64,000 nucleotides of DNA. Origin: Acutalibacteraceae bacterium (GTDB lineage Bacteria; Bacillota; Clostridia; Oscillospirales; Acutalibacteraceae). The stretch spans positions 7,609 to 71,608 of the forward strand of contig JAZLLI010000037.1 of NCBI GenBank assembly GCA_045598085.1. Reading direction: 5' to 3'. Shown in pieces: positions 52,861 through 62,066 of the stretch. Position 1 is the first letter of the stretch. Each line of letters begins with the position of its first letter. The translations under genes and the position numbers were made by a program. Below the pieces are notes generated by a model, which was not told the origin of the DNA, ran no database searches, and was given only the letters and a program-made list of their open reading frames with translations.

Positions 52861-54732
52861 TTACTTATCCTTTCTGAAAAGATTTATTACTCTATCGTAC
52901 CAATGCTCCTTTTCTTCCACAACATCCTTTTTGTGCTCGGCTATTTTTTCAATAGGCGGGGTGTTATAGACAAAGACAACGTTGGTTTTTTGATTATCTG
53001 TGCTGGCGGTGAACACGCCATAGCTTTTGCCGAATGCTATCCATTCCTTTGCGTTAGCTGCAACAACATCGGCACTTTTTACAATACCCTCTAACTTCTT
53101 TTCAAGCTCTGCCGTGTCAATATCAGATGCTTTGAGGGTTTCTATAAGATCCTTTACATTTTTATCTGATGCAAAATCAATAAGCTTGTTAATCATTCCG
53201 CTGTGTTTATTCACAGTGTTAATAAGCTTGTTGATAGTGTCAATTGTTTCGGGCAGATTATCAATACATTTCTGAACCTGCGGGTCTGATAAATCCTTCT
53301 GTATACTGCCGAAAAGCGGTTCAAGTCCCTCAAAGCTTTTCATAAGCTCAGGCATTTTCTGGAACACTGCTGAAACAGACGGGTCGCTTAAAGCATTCAG
53401 CGCATTAAGGAATTTTTCGTTGCCGATAAGATTCTGAATTGCAGAAAGACTTTTTGCAATTTCCGGCAGCTGCTCAAAGAATTTTATCATCACAGGGCTG
53501 CTGAGAATTTCAAGTGCTTTTTTGAAAGCATCTGTCTGCAAAATCGGCGTAAGGCTTTCAAGGCTTTTTGCAACATCGGGGAGGTCTGCCGCCACACTGC
53601 CGATGTCTGACTTACTGAGAATTGAAAGTCCCTTTACAAAGTCTTTATCATCAAGAAGCTTTGCCGCAGAGGAAAGAGTTTTGATATTATCCTCTGTGAA
53701 ATACTTTGAGCTAAGGGACAAAAGTGCCTCGTTTTTGCTATAAAGTTCTATGGCAGAGTTGACAGAAGAAATGATTTCTTCTGTTGAGCCATTTGCACCC
53801 GATAATAACTCTATTATACTACTAATGTCAATATTTTCAAGAGAAGAAAATATTTTTTTAATTTCGCCAAGGTTTTCCACAAGTCCTGAAGCGGATTTTG
53901 GAGCGATAAGCTGAACATCAAGTGAGCAGAAAGGAATTGCCGCAAAATAGAAATCTGTTGTTTCAAAAGAGGTTGTATCTGCTGAAATAACAAATGTATC
54001 GCTGAGCTTTATGCCGATAAGTTCATTAAGCTCCTCCTGCTTAAGTCCAAGGCTTTCGCACATACCAGGTGCGCAGGCTGCGGCGGCAATTTGCTTTGTG
54101 CCATCGCCTAAAGAAAATCCGCTTTCAACATTGATATTTGAAAACTCATTTTCCTGCAAAATTGTTCCGCCTGCCACAAGAACGGGCAGATAAATCTTTT
54201 TATCTTTGCCGTTTACCTTAACAGTTTTAAAGCAATTATTCTCAACCTTGATTTTTATTTCAGCATGACCTGCTTTGCCTGCAATCTCTTTTGCGGTCAT
54301 CTTTTTGCCGTCAAGGTAATATGAAATGTCAAGGCTTACAGGAGCTTCCTTGTTTGTTGTTCCGCTGTAATAAACATCGGTGGAATCCATATTCCACACA
54401 AGGTTGTCGCCCTCCTTTGCAGGGAGCTGACTGGTTTTAACATTTGTTATATCCTGAAGGTCGCTGACATCTGTTACACGAACCTCTGTTTTATCTGTGT
54501 GAATCCAGTCGGTTACAGTTGTTCCCTGCACCTTGCCGCTGTTATCTATTGAAACAAAAACTGTTTCAGATTTTGAAACGCTGGGCGCTTCTTCAGTGAA
54601 TCTTATTGTATCTCTTTCCTGCTGAGGTTCATTTTTTTGCGGAACTTTTTCGTCCTTTTTTCCGCAGGAACACAGGCAGAAAATCATTGCAATGCAAAGC
54701 ACAAAACTGATTATTTTTTTCATCGTTTTCAT
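52861..54732 (-). CDS. Lipoprotein with four ~38-aa tandem repeats, translationally coupled to the MMPL gene
   Basis: The ATG at 54732 overlaps the MMPL TGA (ATGA), with GGAGG 9 nt upstream. Signal peptide with lipobox (IFCLCS/CGKK). Repeats between aa 368 and 520 of the track ORF. Confidence 0.65.
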   Translation of the reverse strand: MKTMKKIISFVLCIAMIFCLCSCGKKDEKVPQKNEPQQERDTIRFTEEAPSVSKSETVFVSIDNSGKVQGTTVTDWIHTDKTEVRVTDVSDLQDITNVKTSQLPAKEGDNLVWNMDSTDVYYSGTTNKEAPVSLDISYYLDGKKMTAKEIAGKAGHAEIKIKVENNCFKTVKVNGKDKKIYLPVLVAGGTILQENEFSNINVESGFSLGDGTKQIAAAACAPGMCESLGLKQEELNELIGIKLSDTFVISADTTSFETTDFYFAAIPFCSLDVQLIAPKSASGLVENLGEIKKIFSSLENIDISSIIELLSGANGSTEEIISSVNSAIELYSKNEALLSLSSKYFTEDNIKTLSSAAKLLDDKDFVKGLSILSKSDIGSVAADLPDVAKSLESLTPILQTDAFKKALEILSSPVMIKFFEQLPEIAKSLSAIQNLIGNEKFLNALNALSDPSVSAVFQKMPELMKSFEGLEPLFGSIQKDLSDPQVQKCIDNLPETIDTINKLINTVNKHSGMINKLIDFASDKNVKDLIETLKASDIDTAELEKKLEGIVKSADVVAANAKEWIAFGKSYGVFTASTDNQKTNVVFVYNTPPIEKIAEHKKDVVEEKEHWYDRVINLFRKDK

Positions 54733-56822
54733 CAGGCTTTTCCTCCAGAATTTTTCCATTTATAAGTTGTTTTATCTATAACGCCCTCAAGCAAATAAAG
54801 CACAGGCGGAAGTATTGTCATAATCACAATTGCACTTATGGCTGAACCTCTTGCAAGAAGTGAACATATTTCTTTTATCATTGTAATATTGCATATGAAA
54901 TATACACCGATTGTTGCACTGAAAAAGACAAGTGCGCTCTGGAACATTGATGTGCAGGATGACGCCGCCGCATCAAGCACAGCTGTTTTTTTATCTTTAC
55001 CCGATTTAAGCTCTTCCTGAAAACGGGTAGTCATAAGGATAGCGTAATCCACCGTTGCGCCAAGCTGAACGCAGTTAATAACCGTTGGCGTAATAAACGA
55101 AATCCCTTTGCCTGCAAAGTAAGAAATGCCGATATTTATCCAGATAGAAAGCTCAATCATCAGCACAAGAATAAAGGGAATTGAAATCGACTTGAAGCAT
55201 ATTGCAATCAAAATAAAAATTGCCGCGATTGAAATTGCACTTGTTACAACAAAATCGTTATCCGCAACAGTGATAAGGTCTTTTGTCATAATTCCCTCGC
55301 CTGTGAGGTAGCCTTCGTCAGTGTATTTATCTAAAATTTTATCAAGAGAATCTATCTGCGCATTAAGCTCATCTGTGCCTGTTTCGTATGCGGAATTTAT
55401 CATCATCATCTGATAATCGCCCGACTCTGCCGTTAGCTTTATACTGCCTGGTAGAATACTTGCAGGGATGCCTGCACCGATATATTCACCAAGAGCCACA
55501 ACATTTTCAATGCCGTCAACCTTTTTCATCTCCTGAATTATTGAGTTGACCTTGCCCTTTGGAGTGTCTTTATCAATTATCACAAAATGTGAGTTGGACA
55601 TATTAAAATCTGTCTTGATTTTATTAAGGGATTCAACCGATTCCATATCCTGTGGCAAGCCCTCAACAATGTTGTAATAACGGGTTACAGAGGACTGTGC
55701 AAGATACATCGGCACAAGAAGCAGAAGCAAAAGTGCAAGGAGCTTTTTGCGGTTATTGAAAGAGAATTTTGCAAGTCCGCCAAACTTCGGCACAAATCTT
55801 TTATGGCGGAATTTATAAATCGGCTTGTAAAGAAGCAGAACCATTGCAGGGAGAACAGTAACAACAGTTATAACACCGAATGCCACGCCCTTTGCCATAA
55901 CAATGCCAATATCGAAGCCGAGAGTCAGCGTCATAAAGCACATTGAAAGGAAGCCGAAAATTGTTGTGAGCGAACTGCCTGCAAGAGAAACAAAGGTCTT
56001 TGAAATTGCCCTTGCCATTGCTTCTCTTTTATCATCTGTCTGCTCCATTTCTTCATCAAATCTGTCCATAAGGAATACGGAGTAATCCATTGTAACACCA
56101 AGCTGAAGAATGGCGGCAATGCTCTGGGTGATAAACGAAATTTCACCGAACATAAAGTTGGTGCCCATATTATAAAGAACCGCCATACCCAGTGAAGCAA
56201 GAAGCACAAAGGGCAGAACCCATGAATCCATGGTGAAAGACATAACGATAAGTGCCAGTGCAATTGCAAAAGAAATGTAGATGGGAGCTTCTGAAATGGT
56301 CAGCGCTTTTGTATCTGCCATAATTGCAGACATTCCGCTGACGAAGCATTTTTTATTCATCAGTGAGCGGATGCTTTTTATGGCTTCTGTTGCTCTGTCT
56401 GAAGAGCTGTTGCAATCAAGATTTATTAAAAGAAGCGTTGCAGTGCCGTCATTGGAATAAAAGATTTTTCTTAATGCTGAGGGCATTGCACTTTGAGGAA
56501 CGGTTGTGTCAAGAATATTATCGCTCCATATAACTTTTGTTACGCCCTCAACGCCTAAAATCTGCTGTTTTACCTGCTGAACCTCTTTTGCGTCAAAATC
56601 TTCAATAACAAGAATAACGCTTGATGCACTCTGAAATGTTTCGTCAAGAATTTGCTCGCCCTCAACGGAGTTTATATCAGACGGCAGATACGAAAGAATA
56701 TCGTAATTAACACCTGTAAATAGGAACCCAAGAAGAGATGGAACAAGCAGAACAAGGGCAACGAATATAACCGTCTTTGGGTGCTTTGTTATCCATTTTG
56801 CCATTTTATTCGGTTCGTTCAA
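54732..56822 (-). CDS. MMPL-family (RND superfamily) transporter
   Basis: About 696 aa. Two 6-TM bundles, each preceded by a large loop. The start (TTG 56822 or ATG 56804) is uncertain. Confidence 0.8.
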   Translation of the reverse strand: MNEPNKMAKWITKHPKTVIFVALVLLVPSLLGFLFTGVNYDILSYLPSDINSVEGEQILDETFQSASSVILVIEDFDAKEVQQVKQQILGVEGVTKVIWSDNILDTTVPQSAMPSALRKIFYSNDGTATLLLINLDCNSSSDRATEAIKSIRSLMNKKCFVSGMSAIMADTKALTISEAPIYISFAIALALIVMSFTMDSWVLPFVLLASLGMAVLYNMGTNFMFGEISFITQSIAAILQLGVTMDYSVFLMDRFDEEMEQTDDKREAMARAISKTFVSLAGSSLTTIFGFLSMCFMTLTLGFDIGIVMAKGVAFGVITVVTVLPAMVLLLYKPIYKFRHKRFVPKFGGLAKFSFNNRKKLLALLLLLLVPMYLAQSSVTRYYNIVEGLPQDMESVESLNKIKTDFNMSNSHFVIIDKDTPKGKVNSIIQEMKKVDGIENVVALGEYIGAGIPASILPGSIKLTAESGDYQMMMINSAYETGTDELNAQIDSLDKILDKYTDEGYLTGEGIMTKDLITVADNDFVVTSAISIAAIFILIAICFKSISIPFILVLMIELSIWINIGISYFAGKGISFITPTVINCVQLGATVDYAILMTTRFQEELKSGKDKKTAVLDAAASSCTSMFQSALVFFSATIGVYFICNITMIKEICSLLARGSAISAIVIMTILPPVLYLLEGVIDKTTYKWKNSGGKA

Positions 56823-56824
56823 AA

Positions 56825-57430
56825 TTATTCAGCCCTTTCTGTGTAATCTTTAAAATCTGATAAATCAACAGGAGAATATGTTTCCTCTCCCTTGCCTTTT
56901 TTGGTAACGATTGTGTAAATTGAAACAAAAACTTTCTCTGCGCCAACAAAAAGAAGTGTCATGCCAATCATCTCTGCAATTGCAGAGGCTGTTCTGAAAG
57001 GATTCACAATCAGTGCAAGACCAAAAACTGATGAAAGCACAGAGAAAATCAAAAGAATCCACCAGTATTTCATACCGAATTTTTTAGAATCCATTGCCGT
57101 CTGGAGTGCAAAAAGTCCGTTGATTAAAACGAAAACTCCCATAAGCACCTGAATGGCAGAAATAACCGCCGTTGGCTTAAAGAAAAATATTGCACCAAAA
57201 AGCACACTTAAAATTCCCAGCGCAAAATCAAACTGAAATGCAAGGTAATATAAATCCTTTGAAAAATAGCCTAAAATTCTTATAATTCCGCTGGCAAGCA
57301 TAACGGCACCTGCCACTCGGCTTAAAAGAATAAGCGATGTTTTGGGGAAAATCACAAGAATAACACCTAATATAAAAAATGCTGCTCCGCTGACAATATT
57401 CCCTGTTTTTGCACATCTCACAAGTTTCAC
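56825..57430 (-). CDS. DUF308 / HdeD-family membrane protein
   Basis: Six hydrophobic segments with the GxxxxxxG pattern typical of DUF308. GTG 57430 has an AAGGA RBS; the track start GTG 57463 is also possible. Confidence 0.65.
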   Translation of the reverse strand: MKLVRCAKTGNIVSGAAFFILGVILVIFPKTSLILLSRVAGAVMLASGIIRILGYFSKDLYYLAFQFDFALGILSVLFGAIFFFKPTAVISAIQVLMGVFVLINGLFALQTAMDSKKFGMKYWWILLIFSVLSSVFGLALIVNPFRTASAIAEMIGMTLLFVGAEKVFVSIYTIVTKKGKGEETYSPVDLSDFKDYTERAE

Positions 57431-57519
57431 AATAAATCCTTCTTCCGAATGTTCCAAAATCACTTTACAATATATATTTTATACATTTTTTGCAATAAAA
57501 AAACGGTCAAAAAAACCGC

Positions 57520-57540
57520 TGTGTGTAAAAATTACACACA
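57520..57540. promoter_or_regulatory. Perfect palindrome TGTGTGTAA-N3-TTACACACA (candidate TetR operator or terminator hairpin)
   Basis: 9-bp arms. It lies between the tetR stop (57564) and the DUF308 start; GCGGTTTTTTT follows on the minus strand. Confidence 0.45.
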
Positions 57541-57563
57541 ACGGCAAAAGTGTTACCATTTTA

Positions 57564-58121
57564 TTATTGATTTTTTGCTTTTGCGGCGGCAGATTCCAGC
57601 GCACCGTCAAAAATTGCGGCTATTCTTTTAAGGATATATTCAAAATCTGAGGTCATCCCCTCTTTTATCCACCGAAGTGCACAGCTTGTAAAGGCATTGG
57701 TGCAAACCATTGAAACAATATCAACATCCTCTTTTGAATAGGTTGTGCCTTTAAGCCTTGCATCAATTGTTTTGCTGATAACAGGCAGTGCGCTTTCATA
57801 AAGATAATCCTCTAACTTTTCACGGCTGACAGAGTTATAAATATGATAAACTGCCTTTTTATTTTTTATAACAAAATCGGCAAGGTTCAGAAGCTCCGCT
57901 TCAAAAGAATCAATGTCATCTATTCTGCTGACAGATTCACGCTTTAAATCCTCCAGTGATTTTTCGAGAAGGTCATAAATATCGTCAAAATAATAATAAA
58001 AGGTTTTTCTGCTGACCCCGCATTTCTCCACAATATCCTTAACGGTGATTTTATCAAGCCTTTTCTCGTTAAGAAGCCCCACAAAAGTTTCGGTTATTGC
58101 CCTCTGGGTGAACAGCGCCAT
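57564..58121 (-). CDS. TetR/AcrR-family transcriptional regulator
   Basis: N-terminal HTH ITVKDIVEKCGVSRKTFYYYFDDIYDLL. GGAGGTG RBS. Confidence 0.85.
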   Translation of the reverse strand: MALFTQRAITETFVGLLNEKRLDKITVKDIVEKCGVSRKTFYYYFDDIYDLLEKSLEDLKRESVSRIDDIDSFEAELLNLADFVIKNKKAVYHIYNSVSREKLEDYLYESALPVISKTIDARLKGTTYSKEDVDIVSMVCTNAFTSCALRWIKEGMTSDFEYILKRIAAIFDGALESAAAKAKNQ

Positions 58122-58154
58122 GATGCACCTCCTGTCTTTCTTCTTTTTTCTTAT

Positions 58155-58183
58155 ATTCTATACAATTTTTTGCGATTTGTCAA
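58155..58183 (-). promoter_or_regulatory. SigA-type promoter of tetR
   Basis: Minus strand: TTGACA (58183-178), 17-nt spacer, TAGAAT (58160-155). Confidence 0.55.
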
Positions 58184-58218
58184 CAAAGCAATGCCCTTTG
58201 ATTATATGATTGAAAGCA

Positions 58219-58258
58219 CAAAAAAGATGATTATGACAAGTGAATTATCATAACCATC
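58219..58258 (-). terminator. Intrinsic terminator after nfnB
   Basis: 11-bp stem (one G.U pair) GATGGTTATGA/TCATAATCATC, followed by TTTTTTGTG. Confidence 0.75.
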
Positions 58259-58265
58259 TTTGAAA

Positions 58266-59675
58266 TTATTTATTAAAGCTTTCGTCAATTGCTTTTGCAG
58301 CGATTTTGCCTGCACCCATGGCAGAGATAACCGTTGCCGCACCTGTTACGGCATCACCGCCTGCAAATACATTTGCCTTTGTGGTTTCGCCGTTTTCTGT
58401 AACGATGATTCCGCCACGCTTGTTTGTTTCAAGACCTGCGGTGGTGGATTTAATCAGCGGATTAGGTGAAGTGCCGATTGAAATAATTACGCAGTCAACA
58501 TCAATGTCAAATTCACTGCCCTCAACGGGAACGGGGCGTCTTCTGCCTCTTTCATCAGGCTCGCCAAGCTCCATTTTGATACACTTCATGCCTGTAACAA
58601 AACCGTTTTTGGGATCTCTCGGGTCTTCGGGATTTTTGTAGCCGTGAATTTCAAGAGGATTGCAGAGAAGTCTAAACTCAATGCCCTCTTCCATTGCGTG
58701 CTCAACCTCTTCTTTTCTTGCAGGAAGCTCCTCAAGAGAACGGCGGTAAACGATATAAACTTTCTCTGCACCAAGGCGAAGTGCTGTTCTTGCAGCATCC
58801 ATTGCAACATTACCGCCGCCAACAACGGCAACCTTTCCGCCTTTCATAATGGGGGTTGCAGAGCCGTCCTTATAAGCCTTCATAAGGTTTGAGCGGGTGA
58901 GAAATTCATTGGCAGAGTAAACACCCTTGCAGGATTCACCGGGGATACCCATAAACATGGGAAGTCCTGCACCAGAGCCGATGAAAACAGCTTCATAGCC
59001 CATATCAAAAAGCTCGTCAACAGTGAGAGTTTTGCCGATAATCATATTTGTTTCTATATCTACGCCCATAGCTTTGAGGGTATCAATCTCTTTCTGAACT
59101 ATGGTTTTGGGAAGTCTGAACTCGGGTATACCGTAAACCAGAACACCGCCAGCTTTGTGAAGTGCCTCAAAAACAGTTACGCTGTAGCCTTTTTTAGCAA
59201 GGTCGCCTGCGCAGGTAAGACCAGAGGGACCTGAGCCTACAACTGCAACCTTATGACCGTTTGGCTCTGCTGTTTCGGGAATTTCATCTGAATGAGCGTT
59301 ATGCCAGTCAGCAACAAAGCGTTCAAGTCTGCCGATACCAACAGGCTCGCCCTTTATGCCACGGACACATTTTGATTCACACTGTGATTCCTGCGGACAA
59401 ACTCTGCCGCATACAGCAGGGAGAGTTGATGTTTTTGTGATAATTTTATATGCGCCCTCAAAATCGCCCTCTCTTATTTTTTCAATAAAAGCAGGGATGT
59501 GAATGTTAACAGGGCAACCTGAAACGCAGGGATGATTTTTGCAGTTAAGGCAGCGCATTGCCTCGTCAAGAGCCATTTCTTCACTGTATCCGTATGCAAC
59601 CTCTTTAAAGTTGTGCGCTCTTACCTCAGGAGCCTGTGAAGGCATAGGATTCTTTTTTGGATTCATATTTGCCAT
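58266..59675 (-). CDS. nfnB: NADPH-dependent glutamate-synthase-small-chain homolog (NfnB / SudA-like)
   Basis: N-terminal Cys clusters (CLNCKNHPCVSGCP; CGRVCPQESQCESKC). Nucleotide-binding folds VVGSGPSGL and VVGGGNVAMD. Confidence 0.75.
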   Translation of the reverse strand: MANMNPKKNPMPSQAPEVRAHNFKEVAYGYSEEMALDEAMRCLNCKNHPCVSGCPVNIHIPAFIEKIREGDFEGAYKIITKTSTLPAVCGRVCPQESQCESKCVRGIKGEPVGIGRLERFVADWHNAHSDEIPETAEPNGHKVAVVGSGPSGLTCAGDLAKKGYSVTVFEALHKAGGVLVYGIPEFRLPKTIVQKEIDTLKAMGVDIETNMIIGKTLTVDELFDMGYEAVFIGSGAGLPMFMGIPGESCKGVYSANEFLTRSNLMKAYKDGSATPIMKGGKVAVVGGGNVAMDAARTALRLGAEKVYIVYRRSLEELPARKEEVEHAMEEGIEFRLLCNPLEIHGYKNPEDPRDPKNGFVTGMKCIKMELGEPDERGRRRPVPVEGSEFDIDVDCVIISIGTSPNPLIKSTTAGLETNKRGGIIVTENGETTKANVFAGGDAVTGAATVISAMGAGKIAAKAIDESFNK

Positions 59676-59677
59676 AA

Positions 59678-60532
59678 TTATTCAGCCTCCTTTTTGAAAA
59701 GATTGCAGGTTGCTTCGTGAGCCTGTCTTTCAAAGCCACGGTACATTGTGCCTCTGCTCATTGCTTCGTCAAAATCAACCTCATAGCCGTTAAAATCGGG
59801 TCCGTCAACGCAGGCGAATTTGACAACCTTTTTGCCGTCCTGATTAAGTGTCAGTCGGCAGCCGCCGCACATTCCAGTGCCGTCTATCATAATGGGGTTC
59901 ATTGAAACAACACAGGGGATTCCTGTTGGCTTCACTGCACCCACAACAAATTTCATCATAATAAGGGGACCGATTGTAATGACCTTATCAAAGGTCTTGC
60001 CCTGTGAGAACATACCGTTCAGAGGAGCGCATACATTGCCCTGTGTGCCATAGCTTCCGTCATCGGTCATAACAAAAAGTTCGTCTGAAACAGCTTTAAA
60101 TTCATCCTCAAGAATAACAAGGTCTTTTGTGCGGAAGCCGATAACGCTTGTAACACGGCAACCCATTTCGTGAAGCTTTTTAGCAATGGGGTATGCAATT
60201 GCACAACCTACGCCGCCGCCAACGATGCAGACATTTTTAAGTCCGTCAATTTCTGTGGCTGTGCCTAAAGGTCCTGCAAAATCGCAGATATATTCGCCCT
60301 CGTTTTTATGGTTGAGAGCCTCGGTGGTTGCACCAACTATCTGAAAAATAATTGTTACTGTACCCTCTTCCCTGTCATAGCCTGCAATGGTCAAAGGGAT
60401 TCTTTCACCCTCGTCATCAACACGCAAAATGATGAACTGACCTGGCTGAGCCTTTGCCGCAACAAATGGAGCTTCTATCTTCATAAGTGTAACGGTACTG
60501 TTTAAAGATTCTTTTTTTACGATTCTGTACAT
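59678..60532 (-). CDS. nfnA: Ferredoxin-NADP reductase-like FAD/[2Fe-2S] subunit (NfnA / SudB-like)
   Basis: RIPLTI FAD motif, GGGVGCA NAD motif, C-terminal CGGC...C cluster. 2-nt gap to nfnB. Confidence 0.75.
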   Translation of the reverse strand: MYRIVKKESLNSTVTLMKIEAPFVAAKAQPGQFIILRVDDEGERIPLTIAGYDREEGTVTIIFQIVGATTEALNHKNEGEYICDFAGPLGTATEIDGLKNVCIVGGGVGCAIAYPIAKKLHEMGCRVTSVIGFRTKDLVILEDEFKAVSDELFVMTDDGSYGTQGNVCAPLNGMFSQGKTFDKVITIGPLIMMKFVVGAVKPTGIPCVVSMNPIMIDGTGMCGGCRLTLNQDGKKVVKFACVDGPDFNGYEVDFDEAMSRGTMYRGFERQAHEATCNLFKKEAE

Positions 60533-60690
60533 TACAATTCACCTCTGAATAGAGTTTATAAGAGTTATTATATACCACTTTTCCTGATTTTTAAACACTT
60601 TTTTATGTGTAACATTCATATTTATTGATATATACACATTTTTTTATAAATTTTGATGTAGATTTGTTTAAAGGTATAGATTTTTGCGTA

Positions 60691-60719
60691 TTGACAACAG
60701 TTTTTAGCTGTGATAAAAT
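60691..60719 (+). promoter_or_regulatory. Extended -10 promoter of the pheST T-box leader
   Basis: TTGACA (60691-696), 17-nt spacer containing TGA, TAAAAT (60714-719). Confidence 0.7.
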
Positions 60720-60725
60720 ATTAAA

Positions 60726-60990
60726 AACTTAAAAAAAGGCTGTGAAGAGAAGCAGTAGCAATTACGATTTCTTTCAGAAAATTGCCGTTTGATGCGAGGC
60801 ATAAGAATAGTTTTTGTGAATTCATCTTGGAGCTGCGCACTGAAAAATACAGTAGGATGCGACGGAGGCACACCGTAACAGGTGCAGGAGTATGAATGTA
60901 CTTCATAAGGCTGTCTGTGTGAGCAGGCAGTGAATAAAGGTGGTAACACGGGTATCCCGTCCTTTAGCAGGACGGGATTATTTTATTTTT
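60726..60990 (+). promoter_or_regulatory. T-box riboswitch leader, Phe specifier (UUC)
   Basis: Stem I start GTGAAGAGAAGCAGTAGC. Specifier context GAA-TTC-A, with TTC at 60821-60823. T-box sequence AAAGGTGGTAACACGGG (60936-952). Terminator ATCCCGTCC-loop-GGACGGGAT plus a T-run (60954-990). Confidence 0.85.
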
Positions 60991-61028
60991 ATCCGTTCCG
61001 TCCTAATAAAAAATAAGGAGTGTTATTT

Positions 61029-62051
61029 TTGGAAGGAAAAATCAAAGAATTACGCGCTCAGATTGAAGAACTGGCAGGCAAGGTTGCTCAGATTGAAGAG
61101 CTTAAAGATGTCAGATTCAAATATCTCAGCAAAAACGGCGCTATCCCTGCACTTATGAAGCAGTTAGGCTCTCTTTCAAAAGAAGAAAGACCTGCCGCAG
61201 GCAAAATCATTAACGAATTTAAAGTATGGGCAACAGAGCTTTTTGACAAGAAAGAGGAGGAGCTTGGCAAAAAAGCTCTTGAGATGAGATACATCAAAGA
61301 GGCTGTTGATGTAACAATGCCCTCAAAGAAATCAAAGGCTGGTCATCTTCACCCCGTTACTCTTGTCAGAAACGAGCTGATTGACGCTTTCACAGGCATG
61401 GGCTTCACAATTTTTGACGGTCCTGAAATTGAGGATGATTTCCACAACTTCACCGCTCTTAACGTTTCAGCAGACCACCCTGCAAGAGATAAGCAGGACA
61501 CTTTCTATATCAATGACGATTTGCTTCTCCGCACTCACACCTCCCCCGGTCAGGTAAGAGCTATGGAAACAATGAAGCCACCCTTTAAGATTGTATCCCC
61601 CGGTCGAGTTTTCCGCTGTGATGATGACGGAACTCACGCACCTATGTTCCACCAGATGGAGGGTCTTGTAATCGACAAGAATCTTTCTCTTTGCGATTTA
61701 CAGGGACTTCTTGATACACTTGCAAAAACTGTTTTTGATAAAGACACAAAAACCCGTTTCCGTCCCTCATTCTTCCCATTCACAGAGCCAAGTGTTGAGG
61801 TTGACGTTACCTGCTGTGAATGCCACGGTGCAGGCTGCTCACTTTGCAAAGGCACAGGCTGGATTGAAATTCTCGGCGGCGGCGTTGTAAACAGAAATGT
61901 TATTAAAAACTGCGGTCTTGACCCAGACGAATGGACAGGTCTTGCATTCGGCACAGGTCTTGACAGAATTGCAATGCTTAAATACGGCGTAAACAATATT
62001 CACCTTCTTTATGACGGTGATGTAAGAATACTCAGTCAGTTCAGAAAGTGA
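61029..62051 (+). CDS. pheS: Phenylalanine--tRNA ligase alpha subunit
   Basis: HPARDKQDTFY, FRPSFFPFTEPS, GLDRIAML. The TTG at 61029 is 8 nt after AAGGAG; the track's GTG 61020 abuts the RBS. Confidence 0.9.
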   Translation: MEGKIKELRAQIEELAGKVAQIEELKDVRFKYLSKNGAIPALMKQLGSLSKEERPAAGKIINEFKVWATELFDKKEEELGKKALEMRYIKEAVDVTMPSKKSKAGHLHPVTLVRNELIDAFTGMGFTIFDGPEIEDDFHNFTALNVSADHPARDKQDTFYINDDLLLRTHTSPGQVRAMETMKPPFKIVSPGRVFRCDDDGTHAPMFHQMEGLVIDKNLSLCDLQGLLDTLAKTVFDKDTKTRFRPSFFPFTEPSVEVDVTCCECHGAGCSLCKGTGWIEILGGGVVNRNVIKNCGLDPDEWTGLAFGTGLDRIAMLKYGVNNIHLLYDGDVRILSQFRK

Positions 62052-62066
62052 GAGAGGTGATTTTTT

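Noticed and set aside
60605-60639. Inverted repeat ATGTGTA-N21-TACACAT between the nfnA and pheS promoters, as a possible redox (Rex-type) site.
   Set aside because: It does not match the TTGTGAA-N6-TTCACAA Rex pattern. The arms are only 7 nt and the spacer is long.
60771-60776. TTC-A on the 5' side of T-box Stem I as the specifier codon.
   Set aside because: The specifier lies on the 3' side of Stem I, after a GAA. The triplet at 60821-60823 fits that context and this one does not.
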